A stretch of 64,000 nucleotides of DNA. Source: a virus. Lineage: Duplodnaviria > Heunggongvirae > Uroviricota > Caudoviricetes. The DNA lies in the IMG/VR virus record IMGVR_UViG_3300023184_000028, positions 54,551 to 118,550 of that record; one strand, 5' to 3'. Position 1 is the first letter of the stretch. Every line of letters starts with the position of its first letter. The notes under the pieces are model-generated. The model did not search any database. It worked only from the letters and a program-made list of their open reading frames with translations, and was not told the DNA's origin. Of the stretch, positions 50,501-58,139 are shown piece after piece. A program made the translations under genes and the position numbers.

Positions 50501-50833
50501 GAATTAATTAAATGGCCTGGCGAGAGTATTAAATATTTTCAATCACAATATTTATGTGAAATTACTAACGGAATATCAATACCGTTTGCGGTGTTTAAGG
50601 ATAAACAAGATATGTTTTCATTAATGAAAACTAGATGGGGAAAAATATCAATAGATAGTACGATAAATAGAAATAACCCAGAAAGTTTTTTACAGGCTTG
50701 GTTTACAAAATGGAATAAAAGTTGGAACAAAGATTATTTTGATAATTATAAAAATAATCTTCCAGATGATTATTCAAAAAAATTAAAAGAAGTTACAGAT
50801 GCTTTAAAATTAGCGGAATTGTTAGGTTTATAG
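44558..50833 (+). CDS. Very large baseplate hub protein (gp27/gpD-like C-terminal region)
   Basis: 2091 aa, with CMGNAMIQPTMYFNL...GPYMITEVKHTISPGSFETTF, typical of hub proteins. It follows the LysM-like gene. Confidence 0.6.
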   Translation: MVDNDDNVYVELDYDNIVLVDPNKVISSDGVVSERLVKHENLVMYANLEASLIPRTRLNFNNQGNFENQKISIATINFLKPGNKSYLTNEYTNSLTGIKIDNTVEKNQTFVSQDNTNIVDSELLLISSINIELKQAGIATVSIEMDDIRGRALFEQGENSPYAAFFNYPYPIFHLTVKGYFGKAITYQLFLRSFNARFDTESGNFKVSLILLPYTFNVLTNIPIRDLFSVPYMYAKQYTVNQTNDSSAQSSSITAGNTTKSDVININTSKGKQKIHEVYSEYKAKGLIDDDFPELTVQELVTRLENIEAYITHTFSDGDLSIITDADNYSNTLDDYKKQVYGYLSESWFGKYIDSSNFYISTNNIKVYTFKKEVFEKSEVKAVEDELKKIIETKNLELKNNPTYGDISNPITYDKIYLKTFSKNDVDVSKSYKQRTGKDPDDTNNSVDYEQFRNDLSAQFNNIIYINGNPVQYWYFFEGENSFDNCITNIKNLLTSKSDEKTNLLSEKLSSRLEDKKEGLGFKPLLINVIAVILASSEAFLRLLSDVHNQAWNVREDPNRRGAILDSNKSVISTDSKDSVQKDGSNLIPVYPWPQFFVQRNGGNDEPFALAYPGDPRYIQQTKGFMYNIWPEIEFVEEFIKARTINTSYTQNLGQSVNSAQVTNRVSINALDFPTDNIIYSNKQTVRFLYEIWERIYLYSNYQRLMRPGTENSISNLVGETEAINIKNSLSQDSPDLIKTLKEFGFNSNNFISTMKNISLGGVGESWQKYIRDIFVTPYIQSEVDNSFSILDKTYITPGVNIVSPEPTQMNKLKDYLSTQNSNTTDITDTIPFSGITDWFKTNLADGKTSSPTDMYNTTKTLLVNDDKKMIANFAPQTSVKETRPITNFNFYSVTKPEPNPTNLKQFYLDRINDNVKNQLPTEGSLFFKTYSGNVLDVQTTSILNTPYFVNSIQQGVNNWLSGNSFPYASSAFLFLQSLPLATLREKYKTYDGTSSLDLDYIFATFKKFGAIHKIPYAWVLKYGSIWYRYKTFVNTGIDILQNVFKDFDYVKNFDPITQNLNKSYNLNINGTTQLVPLETSTTVGSINLTQINLGFYPKLINDFNVFFRGYNLFDGYTDTDIQNKLNTNSGFTLVFNTNSLSSFDKNLSTNQSLRLKTWSCTIQDSRKQKDYVVPSFGSNFNQTLNECFDNNGNVLINIPSNPAVFNGSVRTFWSLPNYGYFDNSNLTIPSPTKYMKKIYSGMSEQESFSIRGIDNDYTNIEEIFSTFEKSILDVMEDEFLKFSKSMYDYEVNQNVNNTMTKVIIDKLPKDVDAKNKNFQALMINLLTINQVKSYSSSDDFNTQVQTSQFSNALNVIQNFLEYDVVLKYGNPSGYDRKLFDSYSTVNQIEDKITFNPYVIGTLPSSTTSSIPLSSFISSNIQAWNNLSLYVGFSDEDGVKYTNTGSTITDFFIDMNIEFTPDSVKILAPIIKIYSTQKKIDPTFNKTKFTAAINQFLLNNKKFSDLVFNSLFTQLQKTLPTITEQPQKPTDRAVQSEQLQYTLWDSFKGLNDRWISGYEFSQKTMLDDFLFLDRASRNIRNKIFIDPYVVRKYLSLNSLSEGATVLGVLGSIITEHNFYVSMQPAFVNFYNVNEVKKNATPQSEPILAFGNNLFGTFLNVDTRESSPKMVCMYTSIGSQHTDTSKNEMNRYNSDSFHFERPSTVPLRETYDSNTNWGQVNKVVGFNVDIGIRNQNIFYHFNVSQDMGKETDESLKNLDYTINQVNGKKGSTQNAGLWDFYKSRSYTSQVRCMGNAMIQPTMYFNLRHVPMFYGPYMITEVKHTISPGSFETTFGGVRQSVFSFDDNINYMQILTKKILTEFAEKLKTKTQTTGTINTINNKSNTTLDNTYEIDISSNCSKYLSGIKSYEKYSPATQSATTLSVSDMVSDIKTYISATGGNDVIARLLSFVTVYLGSYNGSVFNCWNNNYSATFLTFYNDKAELIKWPGESIKYFQSQYLCEITNGISIPFAVFKDKQDMFSLMKTRWGKISIDSTINRNNPESFLQAWFTKWNKSWNKDYFDNYKNNLPDDYSKKLKEVTDALKLAELLGL

Positions 50834-50872
50834 AGATTTTAACTAAATGATGATATTTATAATAAAAACAAT

Positions 50873-51097
50873 ATGGATATAAAAAACACATTAGATACGT
50901 ACCTAAATAAAAAAGGAAGGTATACTGAAAAAGAAACTGGTAACGGTTTTAAAGAAGTTTGTGATTTAGAAACAGGTGATTGTTATACTGTTAGAATGAA
51001 AGATGGTTTAATTGAAAGAGTAGACCATATGATGTCAGCAAATAAAAGAGTACAAGTTGAAACTTCAAAAGGAGTTAAACAATTATTAAATGGTTAA
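50873..51097 (+). CDS. Hypothetical protein
   Basis: 74-aa ORF with TATTTATA at 50854. Confidence 0.7.
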   Translation: MDIKNTLDTYLNKKGRYTEKETGNGFKEVCDLETGDCYTVRMKDGLIERVDHMMSANKRVQVETSKGVKQLLNG

Positions 51098-51100
51098 CAT

Positions 51101-51766
51101 ATGTCAATAGATAAAAAAATTATAGAAGAATTAAATAGATACCGTAGTATCAATAAATATATCATGGAGCAAGATGCTGCCACTGATGTACCCCCACCAG
51201 GAGGAGATGTACCACCACCAACAGGATTAGGAACACCCCCACCACCAGGAGGAGATGTACCACCAGCACCTGAAGCGGGAGCAGCGCCAGCACCTGTAGA
51301 TATTGCAAATGACCCTGATGTAGAAAAGATTGGTGATGAAGATAAAGGTGGTGCTGAAGGCGGAGATGAGTCAGGTACGGAAGAATTGGATATTACTGAT
51401 TTAGTTACTACTCAAAAAGATGCTAGTCAAAAACAAGATGATTACTTTGAAGAATTATTCGCTCACATAGAAAGATTAGAATCTAAATTAGGTGAGATGG
51501 ATAATTTGGTTAATAAAATTAACTCATTAGAGGCGGCAGTTGAAAGAAGTCGTCCAAAAACTCCACAAGAAAAACTTGAGTTAAGAAGTTTGGATTCAGG
51601 ACCTTACAATCAAAAGTTAACAGATTTTTTTGTTGATAAGGAACAGGACATGCAAAAGTCAGGTAAAAATGAATATATTTTAACTACTGATGATGTTGAG
51701 AATTTCTCACCGTCAGACCTTAGAACATCATTTGTGCCAGGACCTCATAAAAACTTCGGAATTTAA
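51101..51766 (+). CDS. Pro-rich/acidic/coiled-coil hypothetical protein
   Basis: PPPGGDVPP repeats (24-bp direct repeat at 51194-51217 and 51242-51265), followed by a heptad-rich segment. Confidence 0.7.
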   Translation: MSIDKKIIEELNRYRSINKYIMEQDAATDVPPPGGDVPPPTGLGTPPPPGGDVPPAPEAGAAPAPVDIANDPDVEKIGDEDKGGAEGGDESGTEELDITDLVTTQKDASQKQDDYFEELFAHIERLESKLGEMDNLVNKINSLEAAVERSRPKTPQEKLELRSLDSGPYNQKLTDFFVDKEQDMQKSGKNEYILTTDDVENFSPSDLRTSFVPGPHKNFGI

Positions 51767-51767
51767 T

Positions 51768-51796
51768 TTGACAAAGACATAATTTGGGTTTATATT
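51768..51796 (+). promoter_or_regulatory. Sigma70-like promoter for the ssb-recA unit
   Basis: TTGACA (51768-73), 17-nt spacer, TATATT (51791-96). Confidence 0.65.
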
Positions 51797-51830
51797 TAGT
51801 TATTAATAAAAATTAAATAAAACTTAAGTT

Positions 51831-52670
51831 ATGATGTCAACACTAGATTCAGTCCTTGCACAGTACGAGAAATCAAAACAGTCAAGCGGTTCAGGCAGTG
51901 GCAAAATGTCACAGGAAGAGCGTATGAAGAAATACTTCGCGGCAATCCTTCCACAAAATCAAAATTCAGCACAAAAGAGAATTAGAATTCTCCCTACCAA
52001 AGATGGTAGTTCCCCATTCGTAGAAGCATGGTTTCACGAAGTACAAGTAGGTGGTCAATGGAACAAAATCTACGACCCCGCAAAGAACGACAACGAACGT
52101 TCACCCCTCAATGAAGTTTACGAAGAATTAATATCCACAGGTAAAGAGTCGGATAAACAATTGGCGAGTCAATATAGGTCGCGTAAGTTTTATATTGTTA
52201 AAGTTATTGACAGAGACAAACCTGAAGAAGGTGTTAAGTTCTGGCGTTTTAAGCACAACTATAAGAACGAAGGTGTTCTTGATAAAATCATTCCTATTTG
52301 GAGAGCTAAAGGTGATGTTACCGACCCTGAAAAAGGACGTGACCTTATCATTGAGTTAGCTAAAGCTAAAACACCAAAAGGTAAGGATTATACAATCATC
52401 CAAACGGTTATGTATGATGACCCAAGTCCTGTACACACTGAAAAGTCTCAGGCTGATGAGTGGGTTAAGGATGAGTTATCTTGGAGAGATGTTTATTCCA
52501 AAAAACAAACTGACTATCTTGAGGCTATTGCTCGTGGAGAAACTCCAAGATGGGATTCAGATAAAGGTGGTTATGTTTTTGGTGATTCATCTACAAGTGA
52601 AGTTGTTTTAGGTGGAGCATCAGTAGACCCACAAGCGGATTCTGATGTTGATACGGAATTACCGTTTTAA
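51831..52670 (+). CDS. Single-stranded DNA-binding protein (T4 gp32-like)
   Basis: RIRILP...PFVEAWFH...FYIVKVIDRD...DPEKGRDLII, and an acidic tail ending DTELPF. Confidence 0.85.
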   Translation: MMSTLDSVLAQYEKSKQSSGSGSGKMSQEERMKKYFAAILPQNQNSAQKRIRILPTKDGSSPFVEAWFHEVQVGGQWNKIYDPAKNDNERSPLNEVYEELISTGKESDKQLASQYRSRKFYIVKVIDRDKPEEGVKFWRFKHNYKNEGVLDKIIPIWRAKGDVTDPEKGRDLIIELAKAKTPKGKDYTIIQTVMYDDPSPVHTEKSQADEWVKDELSWRDVYSKKQTDYLEAIARGETPRWDSDKGGYVFGDSSTSEVVLGGASVDPQADSDVDTELPF

Positions 52671-52683
52671 TTAAATAAAATAT

Positions 52684-52715
52684 AAGGGTGGAGATAAAAC
52701 ATCTCCGCCCTTTTT
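52684..52715 (+). terminator. Rho-independent terminator/hairpin between ssb and recA
   Basis: AAGGGTGGAGAT-AAAAC-ATCTCCGCCCTT followed by Ts. Confidence 0.7.
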
Positions 52716-52728
52716 AATATACAAACTT

Positions 52729-53724
52729 ATGGCAGGAATTAAGAAAAAAGACATTGGTGGGATTGGGAACATAAAAGATAAGTTCTCAACCAAAACCAAA
52801 TATAAAGAAACTAACTACTATAATTGTGGTGAAGCGTTTCATAATGCTTGTGGAATACCAGGTCCTGTAATGGGGGGTATCAATATGTTCTTGGGACATA
52901 GTAATAGTAGTAAGACAACAGCTATGATACTTGCGGCGGCAGACGCTCAAAAGAAAGGACATCTACCTGTGTTCATTATCACCGAGAAGAAATGGAGTTG
53001 GGAGCACGCAGTTGAGTTGGGATTACAAGCGACAAAAAACGAGAACGGAGAATGGGATGGAGACTTTATCTTTAATGATTCGTTTGATTATATTGAGCAG
53101 GTTACGGACTTTATTAATGAAGTGTTGGATGCTCAAGAAAAAGGTGAGGTTCCGTATAACTTATTGTTCTTATGGGATTCAGTTGGTTCTATCCCATGTA
53201 AAATGACATTTGATGGCAAAGGCGGCAAACAACATAATGCTGCAACATTAGCTGATAAGATTGGTATGGGGGTTCATTCAAGAATAACCAAATCAAAGAA
53301 AGAAGATTATCCATATTATAATTCAATGGTTGTGGTCAATCAGCCCTGGGTTGAGTTACCTGACAATCCATTTGGACAACCAACGATTAAAGCAAAAGGT
53401 GGTGAGGCGTTATGGTTGGCATCTTCATTGGTCTTCTTATTTGGTAATCAAAAGAACGCAGGTATCAATCATATTACAGCCACCAAGAATGGTAGAACCG
53501 TATCATATGCAATCAGAACAAAAGTATCTATTCTTAAAAACCACGTAAATGGTTTGGGATACAAGGATGGAAAAGTGATTGCCGTTCATAACGGATATAT
53601 TCAAGACACCAAAGAAGATTTGGAAAAATATAAAAAGGATTATTCACAATATTGGAACGCGATATTATCTGGTGATGGTGAAATAAACATTGAAGAATCG
53701 GAAGAAGTAGAAATAACAGAATAA
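52729..53724 (+). CDS. recA: RecA/UvsX-like recombinase
   Basis: Walker A-like GHSNSSKTT, Walker B FLWDSVGS, VVNQPW and KGGEA. It follows the SSB gene. Confidence 0.85.
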   Translation: MAGIKKKDIGGIGNIKDKFSTKTKYKETNYYNCGEAFHNACGIPGPVMGGINMFLGHSNSSKTTAMILAAADAQKKGHLPVFIITEKKWSWEHAVELGLQATKNENGEWDGDFIFNDSFDYIEQVTDFINEVLDAQEKGEVPYNLLFLWDSVGSIPCKMTFDGKGGKQHNAATLADKIGMGVHSRITKSKKEDYPYYNSMVVVNQPWVELPDNPFGQPTIKAKGGEALWLASSLVFLFGNQKNAGINHITATKNGRTVSYAIRTKVSILKNHVNGLGYKDGKVIAVHNGYIQDTKEDLEKYKKDYSQYWNAILSGDGEINIEESEEVEITE

Positions 53725-53776
53725 AAATTAACCCCTCCATTAAAAGAGGGGTTTTTTATTATATTAGATATTTATA
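53724..53776 (+). repeat. Terminator plus late-promoter unit, copy 1
   Basis: AACCCCTC...GAGGGGTT hairpin with T6, then ATTATATTAGATATTTATA. The last 31 nt are identical to copy 2. Confidence 0.85.
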
Positions 53777-53788
53777 AATAAAAATATC

Positions 53789-54268
53789 ATGGCAAAAAAA
53801 ATTATAAGATTAACTGAATCTGACCTAACAAAACTTATTAAGAGAGTTATTCTAGAATCGGAAGATGACATTCAACCTGATGATTTAGAATCCGGAATTA
53901 ATGTATCATCAAATGAACTTGAACAACACGCTCAAGAAGGAACGTTACCACCAATTGTTGCTAAAGTATTAAATACCCCAATCGGTAAAGAAATAATATC
54001 AAAAGTTGAAGAATATTGTTCCCAAGGACAACCTAAAGAAACAATTTTAAGTTATTTAAGAGGGAAGAGGGATGAATTTAGAAAACAAAAAAGGGAGAAA
54101 ACAAAACAAAACGCTCAAGTTCAAGAACAACTTACAATGTTGGGGGCGGTTGCATTTCTTGTTGGATTTATTCTCCTTATGCTATTATTAATTAAAATTT
54201 TTAGAGGTGGAGATGGTTGTGGAAGTTATACTGATTGGAGAAACCGAAACTTTAGTGGATATAAATAA
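53789..54268 (+). CDS. Hypothetical membrane protein with an IIRLTESDL...ILE leader
   Basis: C-terminal hydrophobic helix LGAVAFLVGFILLMLLLIKIF. It is flanked by the two repeat units. Confidence 0.75.
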   Translation: MAKKIIRLTESDLTKLIKRVILESEDDIQPDDLESGINVSSNELEQHAQEGTLPPIVAKVLNTPIGKEIISKVEEYCSQGQPKETILSYLRGKRDEFRKQKREKTKQNAQVQEQLTMLGAVAFLVGFILLMLLLIKIFRGGDGCGSYTDWRNRNFSGYK

Positions 54269-54318
54269 AATTAACCCCTCCTTTAAAGAGGGGTTTTTTA
54301 TTATATTAGATATTTATA
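54267..54318 (+). repeat. Terminator plus late-promoter unit, copy 2
   Basis: AAAATTAACCCCTCC-TTTAAA-GAGGGGTTTTTTATTATATTAGATATTTATA. Confidence 0.85.
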
Positions 54319-54325
54319 TATACCT

Positions 54326-55933
54326 ATGAAAAAATCTCACAAAATCTATTTACTTTTATCAATTATTATAATGCTGGTTTTTTTTACAATTAAAACAATT
54401 GTTTTATTTGAAATAATGCCATCTCAAAAATGGACTAGAATTACAGAGTATGTGTGTTTTATTTTATTTATTCCACTATTTCGTTTAATTACCAAAGATT
54501 TCATTTCCAAAAGTAAAAATGTTGAATTAGGTCACGTTGAATTAGAAAATTTTATAGATAGTGCGGCCATAATATCTAAGGCGGATAGGAATGGTAAAAT
54601 AATATATGTCAATAAAAAATTTACAGAAGTTTCGGGTTGGGGTTTGGATGAGGTAATGGGTAAAGACCATAGTGTTGTTAATTCTGGTTTACATCCCAAA
54701 GAACTATGGACAGAAATGTATAAGACAACAATTAAAGATAAAAAAATATGGAATCATGTTGTCACTAATAAATCTAAGAATGGTGAATTATATTATGTTG
54801 ACACATATATTAAAGCTAGTTTTGATTTGGAAGGGAAATTAAAAGGGTTTATGTCTATTAGACAAGATGTTACAGAATTAAAAAGAAAAGAAATTGAGAT
54901 TAGAAATAGAATGGATGCGATAAATAAATCAAATGCAGTTATTGAATTTGATTTGGAAGGTAAGGTTATGTTTGCGAATGATTTGTTTTTGACAACTATG
55001 GGGTATAAAACAATAAAGGAAGGTGGTTTGGATGAAATAGTTGGTAAACACCATAGAATATTTGTTAGTGAAGAATATTCAAATTCGGAAGAATATAAGG
55101 AATTTTGGGATACCCTTAAAAGTGGTGTGTATGTTTCGGGTGAATTTGAAAGACTCTCAAAGAGTGGTGATATTGTTTGGTTACAAGCGTCATATAATCC
55201 TGTAATAGATTTTAATGGTAAACCATATAAGATTATGAAGATTGCTCAAGACATTACTAATATGGTTGAACAAAGACTGGAGATAGATAAAAAGAACTCT
55301 TATTTGGAACACGCAGCGAAGATATTAAGACACGATATGCATTCGGGAATTAATACATATATGCCAAGGGGTGTTACATCATTGGAAAGAAGGCTAAAAC
55401 CTGAAGATATTGAAACGTTGAAATTGGATGCTCCATTAAAAATGATTAAAGAAGGATTAAAACATTCACAAAAAGTTTATAAAGGTGTTTATGAGTTTAC
55501 AAATTTGGTAAAGAAAGATGCTGTTTTAACAAAAACAACTTGTAACCTTACTGAAATTCTTCACGATTATTTAAATTCAACTGCATATTCGTCTCAAGTT
55601 AAGATTGATGAACTAGTAACATTAGATGTTAATGAATCATTGTTTTGTACTGCAATAGATAACTTAATTCGTAACGGATTAAAATATAATGATTCGGACT
55701 CAAAGTTTGTTAAAATATATATGGAAGACGATTTTATTGTAATTCAAGATAATGGTAGAGGGATGACACAAAAAGATTTTGACCATTTATCACAACCATA
55801 TACGAGAAAAGAAGGGCAAAAAGAATCTGGAACGGGTCTCGGATTAAATATTTGTATTGCAATATTAAAAGAACATGGTTTTTCTATTACCTGTGAAAAA
55901 AATGAAATAGGAACTAAAATTAAAATTAAATAA
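54326..55933 (+). CDS. Membrane-anchored PAS-PAS sensor histidine kinase
   Basis: Two N-terminal hydrophobic helices and two PAS/PAC repeats (IIYVNKKFTEVSGW..., VMFANDLFLTTMGY...). H-box LRHDMH, N-box NLIRNGLKYN, G1 DNGRG and G2 GTGLGL. Confidence 0.9.
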   Translation: MKKSHKIYLLLSIIIMLVFFTIKTIVLFEIMPSQKWTRITEYVCFILFIPLFRLITKDFISKSKNVELGHVELENFIDSAAIISKADRNGKIIYVNKKFTEVSGWGLDEVMGKDHSVVNSGLHPKELWTEMYKTTIKDKKIWNHVVTNKSKNGELYYVDTYIKASFDLEGKLKGFMSIRQDVTELKRKEIEIRNRMDAINKSNAVIEFDLEGKVMFANDLFLTTMGYKTIKEGGLDEIVGKHHRIFVSEEYSNSEEYKEFWDTLKSGVYVSGEFERLSKSGDIVWLQASYNPVIDFNGKPYKIMKIAQDITNMVEQRLEIDKKNSYLEHAAKILRHDMHSGINTYMPRGVTSLERRLKPEDIETLKLDAPLKMIKEGLKHSQKVYKGVYEFTNLVKKDAVLTKTTCNLTEILHDYLNSTAYSSQVKIDELVTLDVNESLFCTAIDNLIRNGLKYNDSDSKFVKIYMEDDFIVIQDNGRGMTQKDFDHLSQPYTRKEGQKESGTGLGLNICIAILKEHGFSITCEKNEIGTKIKIK

Positions 55934-55947
55934 AAAAAAACCTACCT

Positions 55948-56385
55948 ATGATTGACTCAATTATGCTTGTGGATGATGAGGATTTATTCCATCTTGTTTT
56001 TGAAGACGCTTGTTCTTTATTAGATATAAGTTTGTCTTTAAAATCGTTAAACAGTGCTGACCAAGCCGAAAAACTTTTTAAGAAATGGTTTACCGAAGGA
56101 AATACTGAAGGTAGGCCGGAATGTGTTTTTGTGGATTTAAATATTATTGGTTCATCCTTTGATGGGATAGAACTTATTAGAAAAGTTAATTTTGAGTATG
56201 GTAATAATGTGGTGATTGGGATAATATCATCATCAAATGAATCAACAGAACAATCAAAAGCGGTTCAGGCTGGTGCTCAATTTTGGATTATTAAATCAGA
56301 TGATATAGAGCCAAGATTGGAAGAATTCAGAAAAGATTTTGATGGTTATAAAAAAAGAACGGCACCTTTTAAAGTATATAAATAA
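55948..56385 (+). CDS. Single-domain response regulator (receiver)
   Basis: LVDDED acidic pocket, FVDLN phospho-acceptor Asp, ISSS and IIKS conserved Lys. Confidence 0.9.
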   Translation: MIDSIMLVDDEDLFHLVFEDACSLLDISLSLKSLNSADQAEKLFKKWFTEGNTEGRPECVFVDLNIIGSSFDGIELIRKVNFEYGNNVVIGIISSSNESTEQSKAVQAGAQFWIIKSDDIEPRLEEFRKDFDGYKKRTAPFKVYK

Positions 56386-57059
56386 TGATTAAATTTTGTT
56401 CACAAACAAAAAAAGATTTAATTAACTTAAAAGAAACAAAAAATATTGTTTTTGAGGGTAATATTGCAAAAATGATTGATTCGGATGGTGATGATGAGTT
56501 TAATGAATATATTAATTTTTGTATTGAAAAGGATAAGGAAACAAGAAGAAAAAGATTGGATATTACAAAACAGGTTCAAAATCAAAATAAAGAGCTGTCC
56601 GACTTAAATATTGAAAACGAAAGAATCTTAGAAGAATTACAAGAAACTTTAAAAAATGTTGAGGAAACAAAAACTCATATTGAATACCAAAACAAAGAGC
56701 TGATTGATTGGAAAAATGATAATGAAAGATTAACTATAGAACTTACAAGTCAAATGAGTAAGGCTGAACTGGCAAAAATGGAAGCCGAAAGAGCTAAAAC
56801 TGATGCGGAAAACAATTTGGATGTTTTACAGAAAAAAACTCAATTTGAATTAATTAATATGATTGTTAAAATAGCCCTATCAATAATTCTTGGTGTCGGT
56901 CTCATAACAACAGGGTTATATTTGGTTTCAATATTTACCGGAAAAGAAACTCAAATTATTGGTTCTACATGGTCAAATATGTTTGGTATATTATTAACGA
57001 ATGCCTTTAGTATTGTTGGTACAATAATGGGTGTTAAATATGCCACAGAAAAAAAATAA
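56385..57059 (+). CDS. Coiled-coil protein with two C-terminal transmembrane helices
   Basis: Long heptad region, then IALSIILGVGLITTGLYLVSIF and MFGILLTNAFSIVGTIMGV. It is translationally coupled to the receiver gene. Confidence 0.7.
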   Translation: MIKFCSQTKKDLINLKETKNIVFEGNIAKMIDSDGDDEFNEYINFCIEKDKETRRKRLDITKQVQNQNKELSDLNIENERILEELQETLKNVEETKTHIEYQNKELIDWKNDNERLTIELTSQMSKAELAKMEAERAKTDAENNLDVLQKKTQFELINMIVKIALSIILGVGLITTGLYLVSIFTGKETQIIGSTWSNMFGILLTNAFSIVGTIMGVKYATEKK

Positions 57060-57061
57060 AA

Positions 57062-57090
57062 TTGACTTATCACCGACTTACAACTATACT
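57062..57090 (+). promoter_or_regulatory. Sigma70-like promoter for the exonuclease/helicase/RNR unit
   Basis: TTGACT (57062-67), 17-nt spacer, TATACT (57085-90). Confidence 0.65.
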
Positions 57091-57130
57091 TAATTCAGAA
57101 ACAATATTTTATCACCACACAAATGGTTAA

Positions 57131-58120
57131 GTGAAAACATTTTTAATTGACGGAAACAATCTCTACAAAATTGGATATGAGGGAGTTAGGGATTTGTTCT
57201 CAGGTAATAATCATATCGGAGGAATATACCATTTCATTAATACAATTCGGAAGTTTTTAGAAGAACAGAATTACGACAAGGTAATTGTGTTTTGGGACAG
57301 TGAGTCCAATACATCGGTTAGAAAAGAATTATACCCCAACTATAAGGCACAAAGAAGAAATGAGATGAGTGAAGACCAAGAGGAGTCCTACCTTCATCAA
57401 AGACGACGTGTAAAACAATACTTGGAAGAAGTATTTGTTAGACAATTAGAAGTTCCCAATAATGAGGCTGACGATTTAATAGCACAATACTGTAATATTG
57501 CATTAGATGAGAATATAACCATCTTTTCAGGAGATAAGGACTTTACACAGCTCATATCAGAAAGAGTCCAAATTTACTCTCCTAATAAGAAAGAATACTA
57601 TAAATTAGGCGATATGATATCACTTGATAAAGTTAATATCCCCCATCAAAATGTATTACTGACGAAGGTGTTTGTTGGTGATACGTCAGATAATATTTCA
57701 GGTATTGATGGGCTTGGTGTAAAAACTTTGGTTAAGTTATTCCCTATGTTGCAGGAGAAATCATGCACTATCACTGAAATCTTGGATAATGCACGACTTA
57801 TCCTGCAGGAAAAGAAAGTTCCAAAAATTATTGATAAAATTTTGACAGGACACTCAAAAAATGGTATACTTGGGGAAGAGTTTTATAATACAAATCTAAA
57901 GATAATAGATTTAGGAAACCCCCTCGTAACAGATGAGGCGAAAGAATTGGTGGAAGAAGTTTATAAAGAAAGAATTGACCCCACGGATAGGGGATATAAA
58001 AATCTAATGAAGATGATGATGGCTGACGGACTATTCAAGTATTTGCCGAAAGACGACAATGCTTGGATTAACTTCCTAAAACCATTTCTAAAATTAACAA
58101 GAAAAGAAAAGAAAAAATAA
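57131..58120 (+). CDS. 5'-3' exonuclease / flap endonuclease (T4 RNase H-like)
   Basis: LIDGNN, EADDLIA, SGDKDFTQL and GDTSDNISGIDGLGVKT motifs. GTG start. Confidence 0.92.
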   Translation: MKTFLIDGNNLYKIGYEGVRDLFSGNNHIGGIYHFINTIRKFLEEQNYDKVIVFWDSESNTSVRKELYPNYKAQRRNEMSEDQEESYLHQRRRVKQYLEEVFVRQLEVPNNEADDLIAQYCNIALDENITIFSGDKDFTQLISERVQIYSPNKKEYYKLGDMISLDKVNIPHQNVLLTKVFVGDTSDNISGIDGLGVKTLVKLFPMLQEKSCTITEILDNARLILQEKKVPKIIDKILTGHSKNGILGEEFYNTNLKIIDLGNPLVTDEAKELVEEVYKERIDPTDRGYKNLMKMMMADGLFKYLPKDDNAWINFLKPFLKLTRKEKKK

Positions 58121-58139
58121 CCAAAAAACAAAATAAAGT

